Shown: positions 56,701 to 64,000 of the stretch, one piece after another
Layout of the letters: every line of letters starts with the position of its first letter
How positions within the stretch are numbered: position 1 is the stretch's first letter
Program-made: the position numbers and the translations under genes
Notes under the pieces: model-generated
The model's database searches: none
Told to the model about the DNA's origin: nothing
The model's input: only the letters and a program-made list of their open reading frames with translations
NCBI GenBank assembly: GCA_963693365.1
Contig: CAVNZM010000001.1
Span: forward strand, 20,778,125-20,842,124
DNA from: Amoebidium appalachense
Lineage: Eukaryota > Protista > Ichthyosporea
Direction of reading: 5' to 3'
Length of the DNA: 64,000 nt

Positions 56701-57714
56701 AAAGCCACGAGTGAGGGCGCTGCCGAGATCTAGCCTCTCGAAACACACACAGGCTGCTTTTCTTTTTTCGTTACTTGTGTTTTTGTAACGATAGCATTAG
56801 CATTATCGACGAATACACCAACAGTGACATCGCGACGTTGTTAATCAGAGAAAAACCACCGGTGTGATAACGAAAGATATACCTTTTTCCTGTCAGAATT
56901 TGGCTGCAGGTTGACACTCTTCACCCTACTTGCACACATACTCTTGAACGGTATAAAGAGGTACAGGCAGGGAGCACACTACCAACCAGAGCGTCACTGA
57001 GAGTGCATTGCTGTATTGCACTGTAGTTTGAACTACGCCACGTAGGAAGATAGTGAAGACTTCTGCAGTGACACAGGCGGAATCTGGAGCTGATAGGGAG
57101 CTCCCTAGAGATCACACATCAAGAGAAGCCGCCCAGCCGCGACCTTGGCTACAGCATACAGGTGCACCCAGCTTTTTGGCCAGTAGTGTCAGCAGTGTTA
57201 CGGACCCTCACATACCCCCTGGTGCTGTTACTGCCCAAGTTTTCATCCCACCTTTTGCTGTTTTGTGTGTGTTGTGCAAGCTCAAGCACTGGCCGGTGGG
57301 TAAGGATGACCCCCTGTTCTGCTGTGTTAGTTTTGGGGCTGATGTTAGCAAAAAGGTGCATGTTGCAAGGAAGATAGGGCTCGAGCGTGTGAGTTACCGG
57401 CAAAGTGCAAAGGGCACACCGGTATTGATGTGCAGAGAGGAGGGTGTGGACTGCACACAGGGGCAAGAGTAAAATGGGCGCGCGGGCTGGTGGTGGTGGT
57501 GGTGGTGGTGGTGGTGGTGGGGGGGGGGGGGGGGGGAGGAGGGGAGGGGAGGAATGGAGGGGGTGGTGGGGGAGCAGAGGGGGGGGATGGGGAAAGGGGG
57601 GAGAGGAAGAAAGGGTTTTTTTTTTTTTTTTTTGGGGGGGGGGGGGGGGGGGGAGGGGGGGAGTGGGTGGGAAGGGACCGTAACACTTTCCCGATACTGA
57701 GGGGAGGCAGCAGG

Positions 57715-63176
<5,462 letters not shown>

Positions 63177-64000
63177 AAGAACCGAAGCGAGACTTCTATT
63201 GGCATGCCTCTGCTGCACCACATCACACCAAGAGCCAGGTTTGGTGGTGAATTTAGTGCTTGTAGTGGGGCGGTCTAGAGAAGTAAAACATGCATGAACA
63301 GAGCTCGACATCAATCAAATATGAGTGTTTAGGGCAACAGACACATACACCCGGCTATACACTGTACAGACCACTGGCCTCACACTGACCACAGAAAACA
63401 TGGGGGAAGAATGGGGAGGAAAAATTTGGGGAGTCCCCCGGAGGGGAGGGGGGGGGGGAGGGGGGGGAGGGGAGGGAAGGGGGGGGGGGGGGAGGGGGGT
63501 TGCTTTCAGATCAAGGGCGCAAGATCACATAGACAAAACTTGCAGCCCGCCCTACTACTGGTATAGATCAAGTTGCCTTATTTTTTTTGGAAGCCCTTTG
63601 ACACACACTGTGCGCGCGTATGTTGGTCGGCACCACTAAGCCCCCAATGTGATAATGGGAAACATCACGAGTACAACACGTGTTGTGATGGCTGGCCTGG
63701 TGCCAAATGTCTTTGGTTTGTTTTGATATGTTAATGTCTGCGCCTCTTGCCTTCAAAATATAGATCGGAGTGTTTGCTTTGTTACGCAAATATTCCACTG
63801 GCCCATGTCTTACTTTCCTGGTCATGTATTTTATAACGGTACATGAATAAAATGTTGTGTTCGAGTGTGTTCGGTGACAAGGGCTTGAGGCAGCTGTTGA
63901 AGGGCCCTATGATGACGTCATTCAAGCCAGCTATGATTGGCCAAACGCGCACCAGAGCACCATATATGGTAATCAATACAAACCTTTTTAGGATGATAAC

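Noticed and set aside
63568-63825. Ankyrin-like words (NTPIY, GADIN) on the minus strand
   Set aside because: Spacing does not fit an ankyrin repeat and no exon structure can be supported at the window edge.

Overview
Intron-rich eukaryotic genomic DNA. The gene content suggests an opisthokont, possibly a unicellular holozoan; this is inference. Introns and spacers are dominated by poly-G/poly-C tracts and (CA/GT)n or (GA)n microsatellites, so most ORFs in the supplied track are spurious. Manual GT-AG splicing supports eight protein genes: (1) SART1/Snu66, 5' part, minus; (2) a divergent AKAP17A/XE7-like splicing regulator; (3) a Cip/Kip CDK inhibitor with a CCAAT/E2F/MCB-type promoter; (4) a 14-exon, ~1390-aa secreted mosaic protein (inactive M14A carboxypeptidase, intact trypsin domain apparently inserted inside a TSP1 repeat, two copies of an unassigned beta-rich domain, further TSP1, CUB-like and PAN/apple domains); (5) an intronless orphan with a golgin-97/245-like N-terminus; (6) IMMP1L; (7) HCCS; (8) a Pib2-like FYVE protein whose C-terminal WSTF motif sits in a 13-nt terminal coding exon. 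Mobile DNA comprises a complete tRNA-headed SINE with a 16-bp target-site duplication, five copies of a structurally conserved retroposon 3' tail, a second dispersed repeat ending in poly-C, and a ~270-bp foldback palindrome. Three single-base frameshifts in homopolymers look like sequencing errors.
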